The notes under the pieces: model-generated | Databases searched by the model: none | What the model saw: only the letters and a program-made list of their open reading frames with translations | What the model was told of the DNA's origin: nothing | Assembly (NCBI GenBank): GCA_002633005.1 | Contig: NMRA01000458.1 | Span: forward strand, 208,260 to 272,259 | Direction: 5' to 3' | Source of the DNA: Phoronis australis | Taxonomy: Eukaryota; Animalia; Phoronida | DNA: 64,000 bases | Translations under genes and position numbers: made by a program | Shown: piece by piece, positions 40,801 to 53,367 of the stretch | Layout of the letters: the number at the start of each line of letters is the position of its first letter | Numbering within the stretch: position 1 is the stretch's first letter

Positions 40801-43673
40801 TTCAAAAGAATCTAACAGTTGTATCAACAATGGCAATTTCTGGGAACAGTAAAGTACTCTTGTAGACAAGCTATCACAAAATTGCAATTATTCAACAAAT
40901 TTGTGAATGGGAGAAGCAGGTGTGAAACTTTCCACCAAAATGGTGCGTATAAATTTCACATAACAAACCCCAAAACAACCCCACCAGTTGATCAGCTGTC
41001 AAATTAGAACACCCGCAAACATCTGACAATACGTTAATTAGCTGATCTCGAGTTATGAGCACTTATTCACACTACGTAAATTTGGGACAACCAATCACAG
41101 CCCTTGTTATCCTTCATTGCGTTTAATGGGAAAAGCCATCAGATATTGCTGCCCATTTTCCCGTGACTTATGGTATAATAAGATATGGCAAGGCGTTGCG
41201 TTTGTGGTGGCTATGACAACTACGTAGCATTTGACCATACTGTGGCTCTTTCCACTTTCTCGTGAGACACCAATATGGTTTAAGTTTGTACAAGAAACTT
41301 AATATGTGTTGGTGGACATGACACACTGACGCTGGGTACATTCACACTCATATTCGTGGAGCTAAGAAATTTTCAACTGAAGTTGCTCTTCTTCCATTTC
41401 TTTATTTTTTGGGATATTGAATTCATGATTGTGATAAACAGTGCTATAAACAAAGGTTTAAGGATGCTGGCAATGTAGTCAAATGTCAAAACAAGGTAAA
41501 TTGTGGTTTTAAGCATTTTTAAGTCAACTTGCATGCTTGTGGTAAACATGAAGGCCGGGTGGCACTGTTTCATTCAAAATAATTTCCTAAAATAAAGACA
41601 AGTGTCCTGGCCGCTCTTAAGTTGCTCCCAGAAGAACACACTTCTAGTGCACAGCAGTGTTCAGAATTATGACAACATAATTTTTAATCATGTCTAGTGT
41701 GAAAGTCAGCAGTTCACAGTGGCAGGTTATCTCACAAATCAAAAATATGTTCCAACCGCAAACTAGTCCGTAATAAGTATAATGATAAAGCAGCTCTGGT
41801 GAAGTGACTGCAGTGGTTGCTGAGCAGTCATGTTTCCCTTAAGCAAAAAAAGAAAATGATCACTTATGCAAAACACCTATGGCAAAATGGTTTCATTTCA
41901 TTCACTGAAAGATTAATCATTTCCTAGAAATTGGGGGACATGTAAAAAGTAAATTCGTACTCATGAAAAATGTACCCTGCCCACCCTACTTATGAATCAG
42001 GATTTTAAATATAGCAGGTGTCACAGTCTGTATGATTCCCACACCCCACTCCTGATCAACCCTCCAAACTAAAGAGCTTTTATCAGACATAACACCCCCT
42101 CTACCAACTCACCCCCATAATAGTTTTTCTTTTAAAATCAAAAGTGTGCACCAGTGACGTCTGCTGTGAAATGGAAGTTCCCACACATGTCACTAGATGG
42201 CAGCAGGAGTCATCAATCTCGGGTTTCCCAGCTATCTATCACAGGCTAATATTGACCAAACATTGCATCATCACAAGAACTTTGCATTAGGTCAGAAATA
42301 CCAATCAGAGATCATTATGATGCAAAGCCCTGATTGTAAGACACTCATAAAACATTTATATAGTCTAGCTCAAGTCCTTCCTACATGTTTGCAAAATACA
42401 CTTATTTGCATACTGTAACTGTTACTGGACGGTGCACTAGCACCAGGTGTACATTAGAAAACAGTTCTTCAAATCAAATGCACTTATATGCAGGTAATCT
42501 GATGAATTATGAATTAGTGTTAATCACACTAACTATTCACTTGTTATGAGACCACTGGTCGCACCACAACACGTTAAGTCAAGTCTCTAAAGGAAGCTAA
42601 AATTGAAGTGCTTCTTATTGTAAGTAAAATGAGGTGAGCAAAACTTATGTTAAGTTGTGTGTGTATTCAGTGGGTGTGCTTAACTGATGCACAACATTGA
42701 ATTGTTTTTACCATTGCCATGACCAAGCCTTGTCTAAAGCTATGTTGAACGATAGTGACCTAACAACCACGTGGGGAATAAGACCAGACGAAGCAGTTAC
42801 TGACAACTGCTGATACAATAGCAGGATTATGAAATATGCATTGTTGTTAGATGGTGATAGTTTTTGGTAGACAACATTGAGAACCATCTACAGCTGACAT
42901 CTGTGATTTGGATGAGGATTTAAAATAGTGGCATTTCATAGTGTTTACTATAACTTCTTTGAGTCAATTTGCCACTGTTGTGTTGTGAAATATTCAAATG
43001 ATTCTTGTACTAAGTGTGCACCATGACAAAATGCCGTGTATAAAATTGCAGTTTGTCTATGTCAACTCAAACCGAGTTGCATACCCCAATTTGAAATTCA
43101 TGCTCTCACAAAACCCGAGAGATATAAGTTGAATGCTTACAACTGTAAAGCACACAGCACAGTAAACCTCTCATTTTACTCAGTGAGCCCTACTTTTACA
43201 GCAGACTTCTCTTCAACACATCATTTTTGTGCACTTCTTTGGTTGCATGCAAAATTCAAAGACTTCTTAAAAATTACTAACATTGACGCTTATTATTTCC
43301 ATACCTTTTCATAAGTAATTTCAGTCTAGTTTCTGCATTTCTGTTTGCTGGACATACTTTTGTATGTTGTAGGTTCAATAATTTTGACAGAAACACAGTG
43401 CACAGATGACAACTGTTGTGTCCTTTTGATGTAAATGATTAGAACCACCACCAAAAACGGAGCAAAGTAAAACAGAGAATGGATGGAGAGCATTTTGACG
43501 TCAGAAAAGCAATTAAACACAGCTGACCATTAAGTCTACGGATTATCCTCTGTCAATCATGACAGTCATGAATTATTCACGTACTGAACTGTTATTAGCA
43601 TATTTTATTCATGCTCATTTTGCTCACACTTGTTAAAACAAACTGTTCTCACATTTCAGACAGAGTGGCTCAC

Positions 43674-43791
43674 CTGTTGGCTAGAAATGAACAACGGTCG
43701 ATAACGCTAAGTGTAACTTGTCTGGATTCCACTAGATGGCGTAATAACTGCGGGTTCCACCGCACATCGTAGGGCTGATTCAGTACAGCAT
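43674..43791 (-). CDS. MDN1: MDN1 linker exon (AVLNQPYDVRWNPQ...FLANR)
   Basis: QPxDxRWN motif of the midasin linker; ttgtag / GTGAGC, phase 1 to 2. Confidence 0.88.
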
Positions 43792-45389
43792 CTACAAACA
43801 ACAATAAGGTAAGTAATAACTAAGGTGAATGTCAAAAAATATTCATAACTAATTTATGTCCGCCATGTCCAGCGGTATAATGGGCGAACATGACAGGATC
43901 TTGGGGAAAAAGGTGATTCGTGTATTGTCAATTCAAAAATAAAATGCACATTTCTGCTAAAAACACACCACTTTACTATCAATAGTAAGAAGTAAATCTC
44001 AACAAAATTCCCTTAAACAAAATAAAGAACAAAATATTTTTGACAATACAAACAAGGGGATTTTTCCAGATGATGTATCATTCATCATATAAATAGGTTT
44101 GTGTGATAAAAATATTTTTGTGTTGTAAAATTTAAGAGAAATAAACATTTTTACATGAATAAAGTCAAAATAATGATAAAAAAGAGAAGAAAAGAGAAAA
44201 CTGGAAACCAAATAAGAGGAAACCGACCACATAAAAAGAGGAAATCCTCTTAAAGCAGGAAAATTTCAAACCCTGTTCAATGGAGTTGTGGGTGATGACA
44301 TCGGTAGCTTCAATCGTAAAAATATCCATGTATCAAGTCAAAGGTCAGTAGTCTACGTCAACAAGTACAGTTAGTTCTGGTCTTTTTTTCATCGAAATTT
44401 GAGTCGATGGTACCATAATTTTTAGTTGTTCAATTTTTCAGAAAAAAATTTGAAGACGAGCAAAAATGATGGCATGGCATTTCAAACCTTGCTTACCCTC
44501 ACTCACGTGACTTTTCGCAGATTTCCAAAAAATGAGACCTTGGCTGAAATTAATGCGGGCAGATACTTTTTTTAATTTAAAGAACAGCTTACTATTTGTA
44601 ATGATTTACGCCAGAGCACTTTAAGCGTATTAGGCTGATAAAGTTGGCAGACGATGACGAGAACTAGCAATTTGTAATAAAACTTTGAAAACAAAGGATT
44701 CCGTTGTTTTCTAGCTCTCGCCAAAGCTAGTAACTTTAAGAATTCTATCCCACCCAACAAATATCCCAGAATGCACTTTTCTACCGTTCCTTTGATGCAG
44801 TCATAATACAAGGAAATGACCAGGTCTAGCTTAATACTGTTAATTAGTTTAATACACAAAACGTACCGAGAATAACTGGCACACATGAAGTAATATTCCA
44901 CAAGACGTTATTCCGAAGGTCAAGGACGATACGTGGAATCATGTCCCTGAGCCAATCGAGGTATGTTTTGTATTCATCCCATACGCATTGAATTCCTTAG
45001 TTTCTTTCATTTTTTCAGCAGATTTTTTAAATACTTCACTCAGACTGTTCACATGGTACTTGCGCCTTAGGTTGCAAGTTTTCTCTTGTAAGAGAATCAG
45101 TTTTAAAAGTAACTGTGCATTGAGCTAGTAAAAATCTCCTGAAAATAGTCAAATAACAACTGTACAATATTTGATATTGTAGTTACTGAGGAATCAGCTC
45201 CTGAGGTGAAGACAATATAATATTTAGACAGAACTGTCATATAATTAACAGTCCTGTTCCAGATGTTATGATTGAGACCTGTTTGTATGTTGAGCGTTCT
45301 TTACACTGCTATAATTGTTTTATTCTAAACTATTTTCTGAAAGTTTGAGTATCGAACCGGCTGAAGACATCGAGTCGACATTGACATAC

Positions 45390-45416
45390 CTTTTGAACTT
45401 TCCATGTCAGAGGTAA
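45390..45416 (-). CDS. MDN1: Probable 27-nt MDN1 microexon (VTSDMESSK)
   Basis: Pyrimidine-rich acceptor ...ctacttcaacag, donor AAG|GTATGT, symmetric phase 1 to 1. Confidence 0.5.
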
Positions 45417-45530
45417 CTGTTGAAGTAGTGTGGGAGGTGAATACAGAAAATATTACTACATGACCGTATTGCACTCGACTGATTCAACGTGTATGGGATA
45501 AATAACAATATTAGGACAGCAAGTGTGAGC

Positions 45531-45610
45531 GAAATTTAACTTAACAAGCATGCACTGAAACTCTTGGAAATTTAACTTAACCAGCATGCACTGAAACTGT
45601 CTTGGAAATT
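45531..45610. repeat. ~37-bp tandem duplication
   Basis: gaaatttaacttaacaagcatgcactgaaact x2. Confidence 0.8.
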
Positions 45611-45920
45611 TTTGAAGAAATATCAAATGAACCTGTGCTTAGGTCATGCGCGAAATTTAATAGATACCATAATAAACATTTACCAGTGCTTTGTATTTGA
45701 ACACTACAGCCAGGACAGTCACTTTTACAGGAACAATAAATGTCCCTACCTGAATACTGGAATTTGGTAAATTAAATGTTCTGAAAGACTGCCCATGAGC
45801 TAAAACATGATGACTGTTTCAACTGTCTACACAAATAAATTAAAATCAATTTTATATTCAGTTCTTAAGTATCACATGTAAAGTACTTTTAATGTACAAT
45901 ATAATAAAAAATTCACAAAC

Positions 45921-46261
45921 CTCCCAGAAATTTTGCAAGGCACAAGGACAATTCCTGGCCAACCTTAGACTGGAAAACATTCTCGACAATGCTGGTAATC
46001 ACGGCCTGCAGATTCTCCATAAAGTAGCGGTTAGTTTCTTCAGCCACCACACTTGGCGCTAGTTGACACGGCTTGTACCTTGTCTGCAAGTTCCACAACA
46101 ACCAGTCCTTCACAGCTTCCCACGATGCCACAGGAATTGATTCCACAAGCAGACGCACAGCTGGCCTGATAGATTGCAACGCTTTGTTTAAACTTGTAGA
46201 GATTGATGAGAAAGCAGCGGTACTGTTGAACAATTCTTTGCCAGTTAGAGGCATGGAGTGT
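45921..46261 (-). CDS. MDN1: MDN1 linker exon (HSMPLTGKE...LAKFLG)
   Basis: 341 nt open frame, ttctttag / GTTTGT, phase 2 to 1. Confidence 0.82.
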
Positions 46262-48105
46262 CTAAAGAAAAGAGAACCTCTTATTTTATGAATTAAGCAT
46301 ACAATAAGTTCAGCTGGACGACCATACAAAAAAGCACTGATTTCATTGCTTTGGTTCTCCAACTGCCTCCACACTACACAGATCTGATGTTGCGAGATAC
46401 CACAAAAGAAGCTAAAGGGAGTAGCAACAGAGCTCGATTTGGCGGCCTGCAGTTCGCCATCATTTCAGATTGTATTTGGCAACCTGGGAAAATTCCAAGT
46501 CGCCACAGCGAGTATCAAAGTCAGACAATAATACACCTGAACTTCGTTTCAAAATTTTAAATTCAATACCTTTTGTTCACAACTGTTCGGTTTATTTCGT
46601 GAAATCAAGGCATTTGCCACCCTCAGCACATATCAAACATGCGCCTAATTTACTGCAGGAAGTAAACGGAAGGAAGTCGGAATTGTTCAGCAAAAATCGG
46701 TCAAGGTCAGACTATGAAATGTGTATCCTATCGTCTGCGTTCTCGGTTGGTAAGAGGAATGGAGTTAACATTGAATGGTGCATATTTACAGGAGAAATTG
46801 AAGATTCTGCATTTTTTCTTTTGTTGGTTGGTGACTCCCGACCTCAGTTTCCATCTGGCGACCTGAGAGTTTTGCTAAGTTACATTTGGCAAGTTGTCAT
46901 TAAGTTAGCTCATTCCTCCCTGATCCCGCCTTATGGCGTGACTGTTTATTTTCACTCAGGGCCTGATGCCGTCTGGAGGCGTTATCTAAACAATGTATCT
47001 CACAGGCGGATCATGCCTTCAGGAGGGATAGAAGGCAGCAATTTATTGGTTTAAGTTTAAATATATCTAGGGTATTCCCAGTTTTCTATCCAATGAGGAT
47101 TGAGACACCATACTCTATTTTAACTTCTTGTTTGTGAAGTTAATGCCTATTGGCTATTATTTCTGGAATTTAGAACCATTTCTTCACAAGCAAATTACCA
47201 ATTCAAGGAAAAAGCAGGAAGCCTGTTAGCTTTGTAGTGGTTGTTGTGGTAACTTTTGAAAGGTTATAGAGATATTCCTCCCTGAAATATAGTAAGTTTG
47301 TTTGACTTGAAGACTAGAATGAAGCTAATTGCCCTGAATTGTAGCCTAATTGGTGTTACATAACACTGCTGTCACCACTTAATCATCTGCTAGGGTGCTC
47401 CTGTTTATTATATTTGAACTGACCAGAAAATGTTCAATTACTAGGAACATTCTACTCTGTGACTAGCACTGTGCACATACTCACTTGAAATTGCTGCCTT
47501 GATATTATACGGACATCATCTCTGTTGCTCTCTCACAGTTCTTAAGTTTTTATTATGGAGGATAGTGTGGATACTGATGACACTGGTCACATTTAGATAG
47601 ACTTCAGTGATTATGGATATGACAGTGTGGATACTTATAGCACTGAGTGGTCAGATTTAGATACAGATTTCAGATCTAGTTTATGATGAGGATATGCTAC
47701 ACGGAAAACTTTCTTGACATGTTTTCTGGAAATTTAAATGGATTATTTGTAAACAAATGTCTTTGTTTCTGGAAAACAAAAAGTAAAACTACTTGTTCAA
47801 CCCTTTATCGACACTGAACTTGGATAAATTTTATATCAACATGAAGCTCATTCACTCAAGATGTATTGCTGAAAATTTGGTAAGTATATGTTTACTAATT
47901 ACTCAGTGATGAGGTTTTAATTATGTACAGTGCTTGTGACCTAGTTCTGAGTGAAATACCCTCCGACTTCAAGGGGGTAGACATTCCACAGCTCAGCCAG
48001 GCCACTAAGCAATTTATTCCATATAATGCTCAGGGTCGAATGAGTTAATAGCCAACCAATGAGGATTTCAAATAAGTTAGTAAAAAACTGTGAAGACAAT
48101 AATAC

Positions 48106-48386
48106 CTGACTAAGCCAGCTGATGCTATAGTGTTAACAACATGTAGTAGCAGACACGACTGCCGTTTCATCATAGCAAATGAAGAGTTTGTTGCTAGCTC
48201 GACAACAGATGGCAGTCCATCAGGCCACAGAGCTTCCTCGACAAGTTGGAATTCTGACTGCCACTTGTCGGGATCAACTCCAAGAAACTCTTTGTCAACA
48301 ATACACCTTGCATCCTGAAATTCCAATAATTTTTGCTTTATAGTGGCACTGATTAAATGTCTGTAGAAAAACAGCCCTGAATGCAC
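48106..48386 (-). CDS. MDN1: MDN1 exon (...LWPDGLPSV...SAGLVR); 5' boundary uncertain
   Basis: LWPDxxPS motif; donor AG|GTATT phase 2; in-phase acceptor at 48386 or 48389 is weak, and the stronger one at 48360 is out of phase. Confidence 0.7.
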
Positions 48387-48932
48387 CTGCTGTATACATC
48401 AGAGGATTCAACCGGTACCCGACCAATATGAAACTTTTTATAAAAATCAGCATTAGTAGTTACGATTCGGATAGCTGTTGACGTGCATTTCAGAATCCCA
48501 GGCTCACTGCACAAAACACCTGATAGAAATTCAACAGAACTTCCCTAATGGTCATTAAGATCTTGGTTAGGAAAGTTTTCAAGTCATTTAACATTCTCTT
48601 TCAAGAATATGGACAAACTCTTCTATATGTTTACTAACTTGTATCAAAAACAACGCGACAAGTGTACACTTTATGAACATATCCATGATTGTCTAAGTCA
48701 CTAATTTCTGAACATTTTTGGTTCTAATATTACTATGCTAGCATGCTTCCTTTCTACCTAAAAGGTATGTTCAGTGCTTCGTAACTAACATTTCATTTTG
48801 GACTAACAACCTCAACATCCAAAACTGAACAAATGTGGGCAAGAGAGTCCAGACATAACATTGCACAAACTATCATGAACCAGTGAATAAACTCATGTTA
48901 TTCTTTCCTGAATACCCACAATGGAAACTGAC

Positions 48933-49199
48933 CTGCTTATCAGACATGCTCTTCTGACTTCGGACATAAACATCATGACATGCATTCCACATAGCAGCCA
49001 ACAAGTGGCAGCCTCGCTGCAGCTGTTGAACAGTGAGACTGGCCACATGCAGGAGGTCAAGAACTGTGTACGTCTCAGAGCAACACTCTCGCAGTTTATG
49101 GTGAAGACGTGTGAGCGTGTCACATGGGGTCTTACCCACGATGCCAACTGAATGTAGCATGGCACGAACATCATGATCAGAGTAACCAGCGCCCTCATT
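48933..49199 (-). CDS. MDN1: MDN1 exon (NEGAGYSDHD...VYVRSQKSMSDKQ)
   Basis: 267 nt open frame, ttcatag / GTCAGT. Confidence 0.87.
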
Positions 49200-49545
49200 C
49201 TATGAAAACAGGCACAACAAGATGATAGCAACAAAACTGAGTGCACCATATGATTTTAAGGAATAAAAGCTTTTTTCATCTTTTAGTAATACAATCCAGA
49301 AAAAAAAAACATTCAACAAACCAAGGTATACAATTCAGAACCTTAAATGCAGGAATTAACTTCACTATCCTAGCTGTAACAACAGACATCAGTCACTGCA
49401 TCCTATTCAAATTTTAAGTTGTGTTCGAACAAATTGCAATTAAGGTATTAAATGAATGAACACAATCTTGGTCAACCATTATTTGAAAAACTTGCTCTCA
49501 TTTACTTTAAACACAGACCACTTAAGGTAAATATAAGGCCAGTAC

Positions 49546-49630
49546 CTCTCCCAGGACACAGATTTCGACACCACGGTTACGCATCGCACGCGAAATTTCT
49601 CCATGTTTAGGATCCATGGCCAGAAACAAG
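49546..49630 (-). CDS. MDN1: MDN1 exon (LFLAMDPKHGEISRAMRNRGVEICVLGE)
   Basis: Conserved D6 arginine-finger motif; phase 2 to 0. Confidence 0.95.
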
Positions 49631-49791
49631 CTATAACAAGAATATATGTTACATCAAAACCAAAACTTTATGTACTCTCATTCAAAGAACTGTGTATTCA
49701 AGCCTCTCTCTTTAGGAAAAATAGACAAGAACTATTACCTATTAAATTATCCTGGCTATGTTTGACTATGCAGCATCATTTTTGTACATAC

Positions 49792-49908
49792 CGGAAGTCT
49801 GGATGCGGGACAATCTCTGGGATTTTCCCATCAATAACGCCTCTTTCGTTAATCGTCAGTACACCATTTGGTTCCAGAAGAGCATTGAGTCTGTCTAACA
49901 CAGAGACG
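49792..49908 (-). CDS. MDN1: MDN1 exon (SVLDRLNALLEPNGVLTINERG...PHPDFR)
   Basis: Conserved motif; phase 2 to 2. Confidence 0.95.
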
Positions 49909-50367
49909 CTGCAACATCATAACAGTAAATTAATGCTATCACCCTCATGAAAATGCCCAATCAAAAGTCGCTGTGCAAAACAAAACATAACCAATGCTGG
50001 GCTGTTTGAGATCAGGCTCTACAAGTTGGCTTATTACAGAGGGTCATTGTATGCACTGAGCTTTGCCCAACGGTCAGTTTTCCCGAGCCCATAATTAAAA
50101 AAACAATTTTACGGAGATAAGTGGTTTGAATGAAATGTTAGCTTCTTTGATAGCCAAAGACACTAGCCAGATTTTAAACGCTTCTTTAAACATTTGCTAG
50201 GGTAGGGCAGTATTATGAATTTCTAAAATTTTTAACACTGATATTTTATACTGAGAAACTCAAGCCGAAACTGCACATTAGCCACAAAACTACGGATTCC
50301 AAACATTACAAATCAACAGGCTACAATTAAAAACATACCAATGGTATGGCACAGAAAAGTTGTCTAC

Positions 50368-50518
50368 CTGCAAAAGTTCACATTGTCTATCAATAGCCAG
50401 TGTCCATTTTTCAAGGCCTTTACCAAAGGACTGTCCACCCATTCAAACTGGCCACCTCTAGAGTCCTTAACACCTCTTTGAATATCGGCAAGATGAACTT
50501 TCAGATTTGCCAAATCAT
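50368..50518 (-). CDS. MDN1: MDN1 exon, AAA-D6 Walker B region (GQFEWVDSPLVKALKNGHWLLIDNVNFC)
   Basis: Conserved motif; phase 1 to 2. Confidence 0.95.
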
Positions 50519-50675
50519 CTGGAAAAGTACCAATATGCAAAATCAAGAACATTGCATGAAAACTTCACTCTGGAAAAATGACAATTATTACTAGACAGAC
50601 CAAGAAAAGTATTTAAGAACTTTTAAAAGCAAACAAACTGAAATTTCCAAAGCTCATGCACCGTGTGTCACATAC

Positions 50676-50786
50676 CTGCTACCCCAAGCTCGTACTTCTT
50701 AGCAAATGTCTCCAATGATACAAGAAGTCTTTCAAGTGACGAGCATCTCTCCACTAACAGATCTCCTTCCTCAACACCAATTTCAT
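50676..50786 (-). CDS. MDN1: MDN1 exon, D6 insert (EIGVEEGDLL...YELGVA)
   Basis: 111 nt open frame, cacgtag / GTATGT, phase 1 to 1. Confidence 0.8.
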
Positions 50787-51600
50787 CTACGTGAGAAATA
50801 TAAGAGTGATCAAAACCAACATTGATAATAATTTCATGATTCTTCAATTTCGACTTCTTTTTAAAATAATATTCAACAAGTACAAATTTCCCGTTAAGAT
50901 AAATTCATAACAGCATGGTTCCAGTTACATTGTGTTCTAATTTTCCTTAATTTTCATTTATGGCAAGTTATTTTTCACAACAAAACGTAGATCTAATTTG
51001 GTCTATGATAGATGCCAGTCACGCATGACTGAATGAATCAACTTGTCGTAAACTTATCACAGGAAATTTTTCATGAGTTGTTACCCTCCTTTTATTTTTC
51101 GTGAGTTTCCATGCATGGAGATTATTTTTGTCATTTTTTAGATTTCTCGTGGTGAGTGTGAACCTTGATAAGTAGAGTCCTTTGACTCAAAACTGTTGAG
51201 ACTTATTTTACACTTAGTATGTTTACACTTAGTATGACTTGTTTACATTATGCAAACAGCATAGTTGGTTCAGATCAGATTTTTTAAGCGGAATTTTTAA
51301 TTGCTTACCTCTTCAAAAAAGAAAATCCAAGTGAGAGGGACAAAAATGATGAATTTTTTTACTCATTTGACAAATCATGACATTTCAACTCCTGCTTACA
51401 CTTGTTTACAAGCTTATGCGCAGCTTCTCAAAAAAAAAAACAGCTGAAACTGATGAGAGTCGTCATTTTTTCTTCCAGATGGTGAGTGTAGGTCCAAGAA
51501 TAAATCAAGGTGAAGATCAGAAACAACTTTGTTTTTTGGTTTTATTTAAAAAATGATGCACACAAACTCTTGCATGAAGTCTTCCCTCATGTAGCAATAC

Positions 51601-51757
51601 CTCGGTCCCTCTTCCTGCTGAACCTGCTCCATTGGCCAAAATTATTGCCGACATCTTGACTGACTCCTCTATGTGTCATAAGCACATCTCTAACACACTT
51701 TTCAAGAAGATCTCTAACACTCGCTGAGAGTTCCTCTAAGTGGCGCCATTGGTCAGC
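51601..51757 (-). CDS. MDN1: MDN1 exon, D6 helix-2 insert (ADQWRHLEEL...RKRDR)
   Basis: Open frame, tttttag / GTATTG, phase 0 to 1; continues GGFEQ|AD. Confidence 0.88.
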
Positions 51758-52323
51758 CTAAAAATAAAAAAGACAGGTGTGGACGTTACGTTCAAAAATG
51801 TAAATTTCACTGATTCAATGTTCATAAATTAATTTAAGAAATAATAAAATCGTTACATATGTAATTTTTGACTCATCGGTTTTTAATAGTTTTAACCAAT
51901 ATTTCATAATTCTAGGAAGTCGGTAAGCAATCAAGGAGTAACGACCCATCTCACCTCTAGCAGTCGATGAAATTGCAGTGCTAGGCAAATTTAAAATTTC
52001 TTTACAAGTGACTAAACCATGAATACATAACCTAGACACCATAAAATATACACCCACGTAAGTTAACATTGAGTTTGCAGGCAAAAAAGACCCACGGTTC
52101 TAATCATGTACTATACGGAATTAAAGCTGATTTAGGACATGACATTAATTTTGTATATCCAAGCCAAAGTTTTGTTCACAACAAACATCGCCATTAAACA
52201 ATCTTTGGTCTAAAATAAAACACACATAGTTCGGAAATCTCATTTTCCATATAAATACACAAACCAGGAGCCAATGGATGGCATTGGTAAAACATTAATG
52301 TGCTGCACAGAAAGGTAATAGAC

Positions 52324-52412
52324 TGATATAACGTGCACGTATTTTGAGAACCAGTTTGACGCTGTTATTCAGTGGAGAAAACTGGTTCTCAAAATTCGGG
52401 CACATTATATCA
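52324..52412. repeat. 89-nt hairpin (34-bp arms)
   Basis: tgatataacgtgcacgtattttgagaaccagttt / aaactggttctcaaaattcgggcacattatatca; 3 mismatches. Confidence 0.85.
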
Positions 52413-53344
52413 CACCATTACAGCACTGAAACTCGAAATTTTAAAACAATGTAATGTAATTTTCTTTAAAGAACTAGATTAACTTTTAGCAACTGGAGCA
52501 ACTTGATTTGCATCCAATATATCTTTGTGATCAGGAAAACAATTGTTATCTGACGTGCCCATTGTGCCAAATAATAGGCAAACAAAGACTCTGAAAAGCT
52601 TTCTGACAAAAAGACGACAAGCCGGAAGCAAATGAATGTAAGACTGAGTAAATGAGGGTACTATAATGATCTCTTGGACAGATCAATGACAAAGTAAACA
52701 GCAGCTTGTAGGAAAATCCATATGGTATTGCATGGCCTCTAATGTGATAAATTCCGATTGCATATCACCATAAACAAAGCAACAAAAGAAACAATGAGGG
52801 ATACTAATTAATGACAAGGTATCTGACGGGTCTATTCACTTGGCCCATACCACAATCGATTAATTTCACTCAACAAAAAAGCCATTGAATGAGAAATCAA
52901 CACAAACTATCAAACCTGCCCAGAGGCATTGCCAAGTCTGAGCACAATTTGATATGAAAGGAAGTGCGTCAATAGCAAGCCAGGATGACAGTGTTACAAA
53001 TCAGATTAATTACACCATAATGAGGTCAGTAATTAATGATCTCTGTTCACAGATGATGCAAATGAAGAGGGTGATGTTGTTTTTTCTTCAAACTGTTGTG
53101 TTCAATATCTATGCACGCCTTCGCACAATGCTCTTGGCTACAACTCAAGATTGAGTTATCTGATTGAAGAGAAACTGATAGCAAGACTCCCTCTTGTCTT
53201 GCTTTTTCCAATTCCCAGAGATTGACCAAACCTTGACCTCCAGCCCATTCACGTCATTAAGTCGTGCAATTTAGCTTGACATTGCAAACAACAAATACAT
53301 ATATTGCACTGTATTTTCTTGAGATTTTAAAATTTGTTTCAAAT

Positions 53345-53367
53345 AATTCCTCTCAATACATTTCAGA
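53345..53367 (+). promoter_or_regulatory. Splice acceptor 8 nt upstream of the GPCR ATG
   Basis: ...ttcctctcaatacatttcag|atttaaccATGG; AG at 53365-53366. Confidence 0.6.

Noticed and set aside
44850-45100. Coding-looking minus-strand stretch (VLDLRNNVLWN) as an MDN1 exon
   Set aside because: Frames are interrupted by stops and no phase-compatible splice sites were found; the QPYDVRWN exon at 43674-43791 fits instead.
46470-47054. 194-codon + strand ORF
   Set aside because: TTG start and no recognisable domain; it lies in a segment with weak inverted-repeat remnants that looks like a decayed non-autonomous element.
47560-47672. Possible box C/D snoRNA (TGATGA...CTGA)
   Set aside because: Boxes arise within a diverged ~60-bp tandem duplication, the terminal stem is poor, no rRNA guide was recognised, and it is on the opposite strand to the host gene.
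50368-50400. Degenerate Walker B (IDN instead of DE) in AAA-D6
   Set aside because: A known conserved feature of Rea1/midasin D6, not novel.
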